Source: Octopus sinensis (lineage: Eukaryota). From it: DNA of 64,000 bases. How positions within the stretch are numbered: the stretch's first letter is position 1; every line of letters starts with the position of its first letter. The notes below the pieces were generated by a model. The model saw nothing but the letters and a program-made list of their open reading frames with translations, was not told the origin of the DNA and made no database searches. The translations under genes were made by a program, and so were the position numbers. The stretch covers positions 148,986,001-149,050,000 of the forward strand of contig NC_042997.1 of the NCBI RefSeq assembly GCF_006345805.1. The letters run 5' to 3'. Shown here piece after piece: positions 14,130-27,444 of the stretch.

Positions 14130-15924
14130 TATATATATATGTATATATGTTTCTATTCTAAAAAATGTTAACCGACAATGCTCTAAGGTGAGTGTATAAA
14201 AAGTGAATCACAGTGTATTTTCTTCTATAAATTAAGATCATCTATATGTTTTTTTTTTAAATGGAACTCGTAAGAAACTTTCACTCCAATATCATATGTA
14301 GCACGAGCACTCATATATACGCACAAATGTGAGCTGTTTTTTTTTATATTATAGTCAAACACAATACCCATATGTCTTCCGTATGTTTCTATATATGTTC
14401 ATGACTATGCAGTTGCGTATATATGTGTTTGGTTTCTTTTTCCTGGAGCATATTATATACTTTATTTGTTTATTGGATACAATTTTACAAAGAACGAGAA
14501 AGTGTTGATTTTCACCTGGGGATGTTCGTTTTTTTTTTAAAGTTTCGTTTTGTTATATTGTCTGTAACATTCATTTATTATTTTCTATGTTTGTGTGTAT
14601 TTGTTTTTTTTTCTTTGAGTGTATAAACAAGGCTCAGGTGTTAGGAAAGAAAAATATAATATTGAAGAAATAAAATAACGCAACAAATAGAAGTAAGCTA
14701 CAAGAAAAATAACTACAAATGAATTAAAACATCAAGTAATAAAACGAAAAAAAAAATCACATTCATTGATTAAGTTTGTGAAGAAATATCGATAATGTTC
14801 TAAAGAGAAATAAAAGTATGTGTTGGAAGTTGAAAGTACCAGCAGCAAAAAGGAAGAGTAAGCTGCAAAATTTCCAACAATGGCTATTATGAAATGCATT
14901 CGATTAGTTCTCTCGTATAAATCGCAAAAACTAATTCGTGTCATTCCATTCATACAAAACAGTACAAAAAGTATGTATGCAACATCCTTAATGTGAAAGA
15001 GTATTGAAAACTAAAAGTGAAAAACGAAATACGAATTGATAAAATTTAGTAGGGCAATGTGTAATGACGTAAGTAACAAACATTAATTTGTACAGAAAAG
15101 ACAAATGTGACGCAAATCAAAACTAAAGAATAAAAAATATAAATATTTTAAAAATTAACTTCAATAAATAACGCTTGGCAAAAGAAAACTGAATTAATAA
15201 ATCTTAATAAACTGCAGAATTTGAATTTCAGTTTTTAAATATTCGCTATATAAATAATATCATAGAAATGAGTAACGTGATAGTTTTGTGTTTTTGAAAG
15301 TTTCTTCGTTTCTTTCTGAAGACCATAAACTAAAACCGCCAGAAAAACACACTGGATCAATGTAATGATCTAAAATGCCAAGAAGCACCGCTAGAATACA
15401 AACATAAATACATCAATACAGCCATAAATACTCATATACATACATACTTACACACACACACACATATACATACACATACATATACATAGACACATATTTG
15501 TATATACACACACATTCATGCACGCATACACATATGTGGAGTCTCGGGCGATTTGACAATGTTCAATCTATAAGGAAATGAATGGCTGGTTGATAAACCA
15601 CTCACTCAATCGATCTTCAATGTTCAGGAGAAGTCAATTTGAACATCATTTGGAACCAAACCGAAAGATCCATGTAATAACAGATATCTCTGCTGTTGCA
15701 TAGGGTAAAATAGTCTGGTATGCAGTGGAATGTTATGATAGCCTGCTTCTATTTTGCTTCGTTCCAAAATATCCAACGTAAAAACTCTGTATGTACGTAT
15801 ATATATATGCATGTCAATTTTCAGTTTATTTCAAGATTTATTGCGAATAGAGAAAGAATCGGTTTCTCACCTAAATCCAAGGCTCCTTCAGTGGGATTTC
15901 AACATCAAAAACAGGGAATTTCTC

Positions 15925-15967
<43 letters not shown>

Positions 15968-16003
15968 ATGCATGTATGTATGTATGTATGTATGTATGTA
16001 TGT

Positions 16004-16389
16004 GGAGGCGCAAAGGCCCAGTGGTTAGGGCAGCGGACTCGCGGTCTTAGGATCGTGGTTTCGATTCTCAGACCGGGTGCTGTGAGTGTTTATTGACTGA
16101 AAACACCTAAAGCTCCACGACGCTCCGGCAGCGGGTGGTGGTGAACCCTGCTGTACTCTTTCACCACAAGTTTCTCTCACTCTTTCTTCCTGTTTCTGTA
16201 GTACCTGTATTTCAAAGGGGGCCAGCCTTGTCACACTCTGTATCACGCTGAATCTCCCCGAGAACTACGTTAACGGTACACGTGTCTGTGGAGTGCTCAG
16301 CCACATGCACCTTAATTTCACGAGCAGGCTGTTCCGTTGTTCGAAACAACTGGATAACTCATCGTCATAACCGACGGAGTGTCAGTAAC
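16004..16389 (+). mobile_element. tRNA-derived SINE, family 2 (long-tail variant)
   Basis: GGAGGCGCAAAGGCCCAGTGGTTAGGGCAGCGGACTCGCGG...GGTTTCGATTCTC head shared with the 9767 and 59028 copies; different 3' half (GTCACACTCTGTATCACGCTGAATCTCCCCGAGAACTACG). Confidence 0.9.
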
Positions 16390-16510
16390 ATACGTAATAT
16401 GTATGTGTGTATGCATGTATGTATGTATGTATGTATGTATGTATGTATGTATGTATGTATGTGTGTATGTATGTATGTATGTATGTATGTACGTACGTAT
16501 GTATGTATGT

Positions 16511-16898
16511 GCAGATTTGTATGTTTTATATATGTATTCTAATGCATTAGTTACATATCTAGACAAGTTCGGATATATTTAAACTTCTGGGAAATTTTAC
16601 TTATTTTTACAGTTCCAGTAATGGATTGGATCTGTAGTCTTCTAGTTAGCTTTCTCCATTCTGGCTTTGGGAAGCCTAATTTCTCAAGGTTGGTATTTAG
16701 GCTGTGTGTTACATATCCCAGGGATCCAATAATTATAGGTATAAGCCTGAACTTGTAATCTGGATACAGTAACGGTAGATTTCTCAATAGTTCAGTATAA
16801 GTATTCTCTTTTTCACTGATCTTCAGCTTTATGTTAACATCCGCTGGGCAACTAATTTCCGCAACTGTGCACATTTTCTCTTCTATCTTTCCGTTTCT
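16511..16898 (-). mobile_element. 5'-truncated RLE non-LTR retrotransposon (second R4/Dong-like family) inside (TATG)n
   Basis: ORF 16551-16874 (EISCPAD.NI..KI.EKE..Y..L...YPDYKFRLIPIIIGSLG) resembles the RLE C-terminus; flanked on both sides by (TATG)n. Confidence 0.8.
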
Positions 16899-16905
16899 AT
16901 GTATG

Positions 16906-16937
<32 letters not shown>

Positions 16938-17291
16938 TGTATGTATGTATGTATGTATGTATGTATGTATGTATGTATGTGTGTATTATCCTGAATGGAA
17001 TATGTCCTTGTATTTGAGATCAAAAAATTTTTTGAGAGCATCTCCTCAAATATTCAGACGTAAAGACAACCAGTCGACCTAGAAGGAATAGAATGATCTC
17101 TAAAATACACAATAATAATGACAGAAGAGAATATACTCACCAACATTGAAACGCAAGTAATAATATACATATAACAATATTTTTGTATGAAGACAAAGCA
17201 TGACTTAAAAATGACTATAACAGGTGGTGCTATTAAGGTAAACATCTTCAGAGAAAATCTTTGGCCGAAACACATCTGTATATGTGTTTGT

Positions 17292-17328
<37 letters not shown>

Positions 17329-17339
17329 TGAATGTGTGC

Positions 17340-17436
17340 ATGTAAGTATGTATGTATTATCTATTTATCTATCTATATATCTATATATCTATCTATCTAT
17401 CTGTCTATCTGTTTGTCTGTCTGTCTGTCTGTCTAC

Positions 17437-17487
<51 letters not shown>

Positions 17488-17524
17488 CCTATCTACCTAT
17501 CTATCTATCTATCTATCTATCTAC

Positions 17525-17604
<80 letters not shown>

Positions 17605-17625
17605 ATATATATATATATATATATT
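17340..17625. repeat. (CTAT)n/(CTGT)n/(TA)n compound microsatellite
   Basis: Direct reading; source of the YLSI-repeat ORFs. Confidence 0.95.
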
Positions 17626-20318
17626 ATTCCGTGGCTTCTTTCATTCATTACACCACGGATATACTGGGGCAGCGCTATAAAGAGCTGGTCGAACATATCA
17701 ATTCCAGTACTCTAAGATTGGCGACTGTGTAGATCTACACACGTTCTCTCTTGTCAACTCTACAAAAATTATTTTCAAAATGTGAAACTGGAATTATCCT
17801 TTCAATTTGGGGATTCTCAATAAATCCATTGCCGTTACCGACTTCCTAAACCCAATACATTTCTTTCCCCATATCTTTCTTGAATATTCTTTAAACGCAT
17901 TTTTCACTTTGTGGTGGGACATATATTCTATGTCAAGTTTATGTATTTTAAATTTCATCTGAAATTATAGGGAACTTATGCGTAGATTCTTTTCCATTCA
18001 AGTTTTCACATTTTGCCACCAATCCTTTGCTGTATATATTTCTTATAGATATTTTTGTAGCAGTCTCTTTTCCTCACCTTGACACATGTTTTCATATATC
18101 ATCCCTGTAAAATCACAGTTTAGTTACTGTTCAACTCATTTTGATCGATCTTTTTGTCATTTGTTTTCCTGATTTTTGTCATTTGTTTTCACGTTTTGGC
18201 ATCATTCATATTGCAATGCACCACCTTTTAAAGAGGTTTGATAAATAGAGGCTCAACAATAGCTGGTTTTGCAGGATATGGTTATATAAAATCCTTTATT
18301 TGCTAAAAATGTAAAAATGTAAAACGACGGAGACTATCTTTGAGATGCTAGCTGAGAATAAGTTACTTGATCTTTTTTTCAATAATATAGATTGAAATTC
18401 CTTACATGACATTCCGATTTGAGCCTTGAATGTCATTAATGACAATTTCCAATCTCATTTTAGCTTCCGGGTAAAGTGCTTTTTATATTGTTCCTCTCTC
18501 GATCCAAACGTTTGATTTCTTAAGCACTTACTGCCATCCTCAAATAATATTCTTGCCTGCATCACAAATTTCCTTATATCGTGTATGTATTTGATTAAAG
18601 TCTTCGCCTTTGTCTATGTGTTCCACCAATTTCTATTATCATCTGCCTGTAAAATTTACGAAACTGTGTGCTCTGCAAAACTTTCACACGTTTCTTCTAC
18701 TTGTAATTATTTTTGCAAATCTATGTCCTTTTTCTATACTGTAAATCAAGAAGAAAAATAAAACGTTTCAATACATTATTTTGGAACATGATTGCTCTTT
18801 ACAGCTACAGTGCTATAAATTTGATCTGCAAAATAGTGGCTTACAAAGAGACTCAATTATAATCATTTAAATCAGAAATTACAGAATAATTACAGCATAA
18901 AAGTGTGTGATACATTAATCTTTCGTATATACACAACATAAAAGCACATAGTTTTCTAATTTAAACACGTTGTTAATTTTAAAGTTTAGGCTTTAGTCGA
19001 TTAAATTAACCAAATATAAGACCGGTACTTTATCTTATCGATCCTACAGTGATGAAAATTTAGGTCACCCTTAATGAGATGAGTAATAAGATTATAAAAT
19101 CTGATCAGAAAATTCCCAATGCTCTCAATTTTCTGCCCACACAACGCCATGTGCCCCAGAGATTTATATTGAGAATTTATGTAATTGTCATTACTCACAT
19201 ATTCCTTCTGAGAAAAATTGATTGAAATTGTCAAATGAATTCTGGTCATGTACATTTCGAACTTCACCCCTCTGCACAAATTGGCACCAAAACTACTTAT
19301 TTCATATAAAATTACTCCAAAATTACAAGCGTCAGAAATGAATAAAAATGAGTTACCTCGATAAAGAAAACACTATTCCTTACAGTAAATAATGACTCGA
19401 AGGATATAAATTAAATTTGCAAAGAATATGAATTTCTATAATTCGGAAAGCTTGTGATGTAACTAGTTGGAAAGTATATTCGATATGAAACAATTCTTGA
19501 AAGACAACAAATCTGATGTTATTAAGTCTTCAAAATAATGTAGAAATATAATATCCAACGAAAAATAATAATTTTATGTTTAATGTAATCATCTGACCTT
19601 TGTTCATATGCAGTTTGAGTGGTTTAGACAAGTTACGATAATTTTCTAAGTCATCAGCGAAACTGATTTCTTAAGATTGCTTTGATTAGAGGACCAAAAT
19701 TTCAGAACAAGAATGAGTCACGGAAAATGTTGTTCTGTATAATTGAGGTAATTACAAGAAATAAACTAGTGAAAACAAGTAAAACTTCGCAATGGAATTT
19801 TCTCATATTAGAAGTCGATGTGGTCAATGACTTAGGCAACAGACATCAAGTTAATAGATACTAAACATTTACTCAGCAAAATAGGAAAAATGTCAATCTG
19901 TCGCAACTCTCAAAACAAACAGAGCTAATGTGGAAATATTAGAATTAATTTCTTTATATATTGTATATAAATATTCCCGGCACATTACTATCATTTACCA
20001 AAGAAGAAACGAAAAAGCAGAGGCGTGTATGGAAGTGCGTTCAAAACCTTCGCTTCGCAGCTACGCAGGGCCAGATAACTAATTTGATTTCAAAGGAAAA
20101 TGGAACTCATAACGTGTATGTATTTCTTTTACTAGAAAACAGAAGCAACGGAGTGAATCAAGGACGGATAGTTTCGTGAGCTTATCAAACAAATAAATGC
20201 TACCGCACGAAACTCTCGGATCAATTATAGTGATCCCCAAAATTTCTCATATCTTCTCCATCTTCTGTGTCTCTCATTAATCAAATCTACATACACACAC
20301 ACACACACACACACACAC

Positions 20319-20476
<158 letters not shown>

Positions 20477-20529
20477 CGATAGATTTATAGATAGATAGAT
20501 AAAACCTGGAAATGGTTGCGTGGCGTTAA

Positions 20530-21700
20530 ATGATATAATAATATAAATGATATATAAGTATATGCATATATACATACATATATGCATATACCTACATATA
20601 TATGTATATATATACATGCACATTTGTGTACAGGACATAAAAAAATACGCGAACAAAAAGAGAAACGAGAATATAATAAAAACAGAAAACGAACTTTTTT
20701 CGAGCAACGAAAGGAAGAAATATATACACGAGACAGGCAACATAACGAATATTTCCTTCGTCAGATGTCCTTTGCTCTATCTATTCCGCCTGCCGAAGGT
20801 AGGAACAAGACGCAACTTCGTTAAAAAAGTCTTTCCCACAAAGCGAATTACATAAAATTTAGGATATTTTGCGGAGGGTTAATGTGGTAACAGAATCAGG
20901 ACAGTGAGCACAAAACAGTAAAAACAAACGGTGAAGGTTGTTAAGCCAAAACGACGTGAAGAGGTGAACGCTGGAAAAATGAGTTTTGAGAAGCAAGTAA
21001 AAGCGCGTCGTGTTTTTAAGAAGGAAGTGTAGGAAAGAAAGATAAATAGCCTTTGGTCACGTGTGAGCAACGAGAGAGTCAAGGAGGAAGAGTGAGAGAG
21101 ATAGAGGGAAAGGTGAAGGGGAGAGTAGTAGAATAGGGAAAGAGTGGGAGAGAAAAACAGAAAGGAAGAAGAACAGGAGACGGAGATAGAAAGAACAAAT
21201 AAAAGTAGAACAAGAGTGCGCTTCGTAATTATTAGGATAAAACTTACTTGGAAATGGATGCGGGGCGTTCGATCATATAATAATATAAATAATGTATAAG
21301 TATATGCATATATGCATACATATATGTATATACCTACATAAATATGTATATAGACATGCATATTATGGGTACAGGACATCAAAAAAACCTAAACAGAAGG
21401 AGAAAAGATAACATATAAAAAGCGAACATTTTTTCGAACAACAAAAGAAACGAATAGAGAAACGAGACAGGCAACGTAAATAACTTCCCTTCGTCAGTTC
21501 TCCTCTGTTTTATCTACTCCGCTTTCCGAAAGTAGGGACAAGACGCGACTTCGCTAAAACAATCCTTCCCGATGTATTTTTCTGTTCTCGTTTCTCTTTT
21601 TGTTCACGTTTTTTTATGTCCTGTATCCATATATGCATATATATATATACATATATATGTAGGTGTGTACAGATATGTATGTATATATGTATATAATACA
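20530..21700 (-). mobile_element. Tandem plus inverted partial repeats (a-b-a-a'), PLE pseudo-LTR-like; left outer arm of mirror locus
   Basis: 20530-20830 is repeated at 21270-21565; 21570-21700 is an inverted partial copy; about 20530-21310 is homologous to the reverse complement of 27612-28270. Confidence 0.7.
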
Positions 21701-21734
21701 GTTCTATATTTTAGAGATGTGTAATTAAGCACGT

Positions 21735-21890
21735 TATTTACATTCTTTACAATTGACAGATATTTGTCCTCATCTTGTTTCTTGTTAACACAATGTTTCG
21801 GGTGATATACACTCCAGCCTTCATTAGATGTCTTGGGGAAACTTCGGCCCCAAGTTCTCAAACCTTGCGTATTTTCAATGTTGTTGTTAT
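21735..21890 (-). mobile_element. 3' body of tRNA-head/(TAA)n/hammerhead short element (left copy)
   Basis: Reverse-complement homolog of 27445-27607. Carries a degenerate hammerhead ACAT-CTAATGA-A-GGCTG..CACCC-GAAAC-ATT-GTGT at 21831-21788. Confidence 0.75.
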
Positions 21891-21901
21891 TGTTATTATT
21901 A

Positions 21902-21963
<62 letters not shown>

Positions 21964-21966
<3 letters not shown>

Positions 21967-24900
21967 TAGTTTTATTTTTATAGCGTGCTTTCACTTCACT
22001 ACCGAGCGCAGCTCTGTGTGCCTTGGGTATGTGCTGTGATTTGTTGTGATGCTCTGATGGTTATTGTATGGAAAGTGTTCTGTGTAGGATGTGTGCAGTG
22101 CCTAGTAGTGCAATTTTCTGTATGTTATATGTGTTTGTAAGTCCTGGTGTTTTTGTTATGTATTTGTCTGAATATTTTTTTATCATGCCTAATGCACCTA
22201 CTATGATAGGAATTGTTTCTGTTTTCAGGTTCCACATTCTAGTTACCTCTATTTCCAGGTCTTTGTATTTTGAGAGTTTCTCCATTTCTTTTAGACACAC
22301 GTTGTCATCTGCCGGTATTCATACATCAATTAGAAAGCATTTTATCTCTTCATGATCTCTGACAACTATATCTGGTCTGTTGGCCTTAATTTCTCTATCT
22401 GTGTGTATCGGCATATCCCAGAGTATGGTTGCTTTCTCGTTTTCTGTGACCTTTTCTGGTGTGTGCCTATACCATCTTTTTTCTGTTGTTATTCCATAAA
22501 GTTGGCATAGCTTCCAATGTATGTAGGTTCCAACTCTGTCATGTCTGTGAATATATTCCTTCTTAGCCAGGACTGGGCAGCTAGAGATAATATGATTTAT
22601 TGTTTCTTGTCCATCTCCACATATTCTGCAGTTACTTGTAATATTTCTTTTCATTACATGTTTTTGGTAATTTCTGGCGGGGAGGCATTGGTCTTGTGCT
22701 GCAATTAAAAATCCCTGTGTTTCTGCTTTGAGTCCTGAGCTTCTCAACCATTGCTGGGATTTTTCTTTGTCTATTTCTTTTGCGTTTAGTTTAGTGCAGT
22801 ATTTACCATGAAGGGGCTTTTCTTGCCATCGTTTTATCATGGCTCGTTGCTGTTCTATTTTTAGTTTGGATTTCATTTGTTTTATAGCTTTTGTTGTTTC
22901 TTCATCATTTTCTTCTTCTTCTTTGTGTTTATTAGGTGGTATGATTTCTTGTTTGTATTTGTCAGCTTCCTTAAATACTGAGAACAGTTTTTTGTTTTGC
23001 TCGTGTTTTGCTGCTATCTGGATCAGTTTTCCTTCCTTCTGAAGTAGGTATTTTTGCAGTCCTATGGTGGTTATTTTATAGTAGTTTTCCAGCTGTATAA
23101 GGCCTCTACCACCTTCTATACGTTGTATATATAGTATTTCTATGTCAGATTTTGGGTGATGCATCCTAGATCCTGTCAGTATTTTTCTTGTTTTCCTATC
23201 TATTTTGGACAGTTCATATCGTGTCCAGTTAAGGATACTGTAGCTGTAACTTATAACTGGGACAGCTAAAGTGTTGATACCTATTATCTTGTTTTTAGCA
23301 TTGAGCTCTGTTTTTAGTATTGATCTAACTCGTCTATAATATTCTTTTTTTATTTTCTCTTTCATTTGTGTGTGTTGTGTCTTATCTAGTTCATGGATTC
23401 CTAAGTATTTGTAAGTTTGGCTTTGGTCTAATTCTTTTATTTCATTGGTTTTATCTAGTGTGATGTTGTTACTCTTAACTAGTTTTCCTCTTTTCATGGT
23501 TACTTTGGCGCATTTTTCTAATCCAAATTTCATATCTATTTCATTGGTAAATCCATGAACTGTCTTTAATAGTGTTTCCAGCTGTTTGTCATTTGCAGCG
23601 TATAGTTTTAGGTCATCCATATATAAAAGGTGGCTGATCGTTTTGCCGTAACATTTATATCCGCATCCAGTTCTATTTAGCATATCAGATAGAGGTGACA
23701 GCGCCAAGCAGAAAAGGAGTGGAGAGAGCGTGTCTCCCTGGAATATTCCTCTTCTAATGGGGATGTCTTTGGTTTCCATGAGTCCCTCTTTTGTTTGGAG
23801 GTGTAGGACTGTTTGCCATTTATTCATAGAGTGCTCTATGAATTTTATGATTGTTGGTGCTACTTTGTTAATGGCTAGTGTTTCGAGGATCCATGTGTGG
23901 GGGATGCTATCAAACGCCTTTTTGTAGTCAATCCAGGCCATAGTGAGGACTTTCTTCTTTCTGTGGCTGTCTTCAGTTACGGTTTTATTAATCATTAGTT
24001 GATCTTTACAGCCATATGAGCCCTTGCGGCATCCTTTCTGCTCTTCAGGGAACAGTTTGTTTTCGACTAGATGCTTGTTCAGCCTTTGCGATATCACTGC
24101 AGTAAATGCCTTGAACATAGTAGGGAGGCAGGTTATTGGTCTGTAGTTTTCTGGTTTTGTTGTTTCATTTGATTTGGGAATTAAGATGGTTTTCCCCTTC
24201 GTGAGCCATTCTGGCATTGTCTCTGGCTCTGCTAGTATGCTGTTAAAGTTTTCAGCCAGCTTTTTGTGCATTCCCGTTAGATATTTCAACCAGAAGTTGG
24301 GGATCTTGTCATGCCCAGGTGCCTTCCAGTTGCTTAGTTTTTGAAGTGCCTGGGTGACCTCTTCAGTTGTTATGGGGGTCCAAAGTTGTTCAGATGCCGA
24401 GTTTGTTATTTTCATACTCTATTTTTTGGGCTGTTCGTTCGCCGACCATATTTCTCTCCAGAATTCTTCCAATTCTTCTGCCGTTGGTGCTGCAGTGACT
24501 TCTATTTTATTTTTGCCCAGTTCTTGGTAAAACTTTTTGGGGTCGGAGTTGAACTTTTTGTTCTGTTCAAAGAAGCGTTGGCGTTTCTCGTACCGGCGGA
24601 TCCTTTGAGCTTTGGCAAGGATATCTTGCTTCAGCTTTTCTTTTATCTCCGGCAAATCTTTTTCTGTGATGTTATATTTGCGGAGCATTTTTGTTCTCTT
24701 TTTGTTGCTTAGTAGCGTCGCTTGTTTGCTGATTTCATTAAGAATCGACAGGTCTTTTCTAATTTTTTAAATTTTGTTTTGGATGTTATTTATCCACAGG
24801 GTTTGTTTGGGTGGTGGTACTCCTGTTTGGGCGGGTTTGGGTGAGTATCCAGCTTCTTTTGTGGCTGCAGTGGCTGCTGCGTATATCAAGTCATTTAGTT

Positions 24901-25925
24901 CAGTGATATCACTTTTTTTGTTTCAGTGGCTAGTTCAGTGACGGCTAGGTTTATGTTGTTTATAATTGGTGTTGTTATTGCGTTTATTTTTTATTCTTGG
25001 GAGGTATGGTCGGTGGTCCATTTTGGGCTCTGTGGTTTTCAGTTCTTTGATTATTTTATTTTTTATATTATCATAATCATTAGGCTCCCCTTCGTTGTTT
25101 ATATCGTGTTTGTTGGGAATGTTGCGTTTGTCTTCTACAGTTTCAGTGTTTATATTATTGGGCATTGTTGTGTGGCTTCTATCTACATTTTCCTGGTGTA
25201 TTTTTTCTTTTAAATGTTCTATTTCTATTTCTGATATTTTTTTGGCTTTGAGAATGTATCTTCGTACGTTAGCTAATTTATTAGGGTTCATTGCTGTATC
25301 CAAGTCTATATCTCTATTATTTTCCTTCCATATTTTATATGTATGTGTTGTTGTATTTTCATTTTGTGGGTAGAGCATTGCTGTGAAGTATGCGTGTAAG
25401 ATAGAAATGTATTCCTCACGTGTCCATTTACGTCTTTTGGGTTTTAATTGCGGGAAATGAGGTAGAACGTCCGGCCCATTATTTTGACGGTCGTCATTTT
25501 CGTAGGGTACCGGTCCGTTTATTTCTGTTGTCACATTATTTCGCACGTGTAGTTTTTCGTACATTTTTTGTTGTAGGTTTAATGTACGTACCGCTCGATT
25601 GTTATTCTTGGGTTGAATAGTATCTGTGGCATTTAATTTCTTCGTAGTTTCTTTGTACATGGTGTTTGAGGTCGGGGATAATCGTGTTGTTCCACACATG
25701 TTTACATGTGTTGTGTTAGAGGTGGAGATAATATCGAGTCAAAATACATCATTTCGTTTCGAAAATAGTAATAAATTTCAATTCGTATTACTTACTCTGA
25801 TATAGTCCAATTCTTTGTTAGTAAATCTTTGGCTCCATAGGGTGTCCTTGTTTTCGATGTTTGTGGATAGATTTCGGAGCTCTGTATTTTCCTTCTTACA
25901 TCTTAAACGTCCCCGGTGTCTCTCC

Positions 25926-25927
<2 letters not shown>
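21964..25927 (-). mobile_element. Full-length R4/Dong-clade RLE non-LTR retrotransposon inserted in (TAA)n
   Basis: N-terminal RRKWTREE domain (ORF 25699-24935); RT motifs WIDYKKAFDS, GIFQGDTLSPLLF, LYMDD; CCHC knuckle CRIC..HIISSC; RLE motif RPDIVV..FLIDV. Both ends abut (TAA)n. Confidence 0.95.
22061..25699 (-). pseudogene. Disrupted single ORF of the Dong-like element (N-terminal domain, RT, CCHC, RLE)
   Basis: 24688-22061 is one frame broken by TAG (24421-24419) and TGA (22321-22319; TCA in the second copy). Frameshifts near 24965, 24915 and 24770, the latter two in A-runs. Confidence 0.9.
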
Positions 25928-25959
<32 letters not shown>

Positions 25960-26031
25960 CATTATTATTATTATTATTATTATTATTAATATTATTATTA
26001 TCATTATTATTATTATTATCATTATTATCAA

Positions 26032-26110
26032 TATTCAGGCCATTGCCTGGAATCAAACTCCGAATCTTGGGGTTAGTAACCTGCACTCTTAACCACTACG
26101 CCATATGTCC
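26032..26110 (-). mobile_element. tRNA-like SINE head (left copy) followed by (TAA)n
   Basis: Reverse complement GGACATATGGCGTAGTGGTTAAGAGTGCAGGTTACTAACCCCAAGATTCGGAGTTTGATTCCAGGCAATGGCCTGAATA: good A box, imperfect B box. Confidence 0.8.
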
Positions 26111-26113
26111 GCT

Positions 26114-26183
26114 GGCATAAGGTGTAGTGGTTAAAAGCGTGGGCTACCAAACTCAAGATTCCGAGTTCGATTCCAGGGAGTGA

Positions 26184-26190
<7 letters not shown>
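26114..26190 (+). mobile_element. tRNA-like SINE head (right copy) followed by (TAA)n
   Basis: GGCATAAGGTGTAGTGGTTAAAAGCGTGGGCTACCAAACTCAAGATTCCGAGTTCGATTCCAGGGAGTGACCTGAATAAT: good B box GTTCGATTCC; head-to-head with the left copy. Confidence 0.8.
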
Positions 26191-26254
<64 letters not shown>

Positions 26255-26287
26255 TAATAACAACAACAATAATAATAATAATAATAA

Positions 26288-27347
26288 GGAAAACTGATCC
26301 AGATAGCAGCAAAACACGAGCAAAACAAAAAACTGTTCTCAGTATTTAAGGAAGCTGACAAATACAAACAAGAAATCATACCACCTAATAAACATGAAGA
26401 AGAAGAAGAAGATGAAGAAACAATAAAAGCTATAAAACAAATGAAATCCAAACTAAAAATAGAACAGCAACGAACCATGTTAAAACGATGGTAAGAAAAG
26501 CCCCTTCATGGGAAAAACTGCACTAAACTAAACGCAAAAGAAATAGACAAAGAAAAATCCCAGCAATGGTTGAGAAGCTCAGGACTCAAAGCAGAAACAG
26601 AGGGATTTTTAATTGCAGCACAAGACCAAAGCCTCCCCACCAGAAATTACCAAAAACATGTAATGAAAAGAAATATTACAAGTAACTGCAGAATATGTGG
26701 AGATGGACAAGAAACAATAAATCATATATCTCTAGCTGCCCAGTCCTGGCTAAGAAGGAATATATTCACAGACATGACAGAGTTGGAACCTACATACATT
26801 GGAAGCTATGCCAACATTATGGAATAACAACAGAAAAAAGATGGTATAGGCACACACCAGAAAAGGTCACAGAAAACGAGAAAGCAACCATACTCTGGGA
26901 TATGCCGATACACACAGATAGAGAAATTAAGGCCAACAGACCAGATATAGTTGTCAGAGATCATGAAGAAAAAATGCTTTCTTATTGATATATCAATACC
27001 GGCAGATGACAACGTGTCTCTAAAAGAAATGGAGAAACTCTCAAAATACAAAGACCTGGAAATAGAGGTAACTAGAATGTGGAATCTGAAAACAGAAACA
27101 ATTCCTATCATAGTAGGTGCATTAGGCATGATAAAAAAATATTCAGACAAATACATAACAAAAATACCAGGACTTACAAACACATATAACATACAGAAAA
27201 TTGCACTACTAGGCACTGCACACATCCTACGCAGAACACTTTCCATACAATAACCATCAGAGCATCACAACAAATCACAGCACATACCCAAGGCACACAG
27301 AGCTGCGCTCGGTAGTGAAGTGAAAGCACGCTATAAAAATAAAACTA

Positions 27348-27350
<3 letters not shown>
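26288..27350 (+). mobile_element. 3' 1.06-kb copy of the same Dong-like element
   Basis: Near-identical to the reverse complement of 21964-about 23035, with an identical 3' UTR ending CTACTG(AAT)n; carries its own stop and frameshifts. Confidence 0.95.
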
Positions 27351-27393
<43 letters not shown>

Positions 27394-27444
27394 TAATAAT
27401 AATAATAATGATATTAATAATAATAATAATAATGATAATGATAA

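Noticed and set aside
17750-18750. Possible decayed transposase on the minus strand
   Set aside because: Codon-like texture, but many stops and no diagnostic motif that I can name.
21480-21510. CTGACGA-AGGG hammerhead start in the outer-arm repeat (minus strand)
   Set aside because: No downstream GAAA or stem III in any of the copies.
22319-22321. In-frame TGA in the Dong RLE domain as possible selenocysteine or readthrough
   Set aside because: The sister copy has TCA (Ser) at this codon and the ORF has other disablements, so it is an ordinary nonsense mutation.
22068-25620. Plus-strand ORFs overlapping the Dong element (and minus-strand ORFs over the second copy)
   Set aside because: Antisense shadows of the retroelement ORF.
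26032-26190. Two tRNA genes
   Set aside because: No complete acceptor stem or cloverleaf, and both run into (TAA)n and a repeat body; these are SINE heads.
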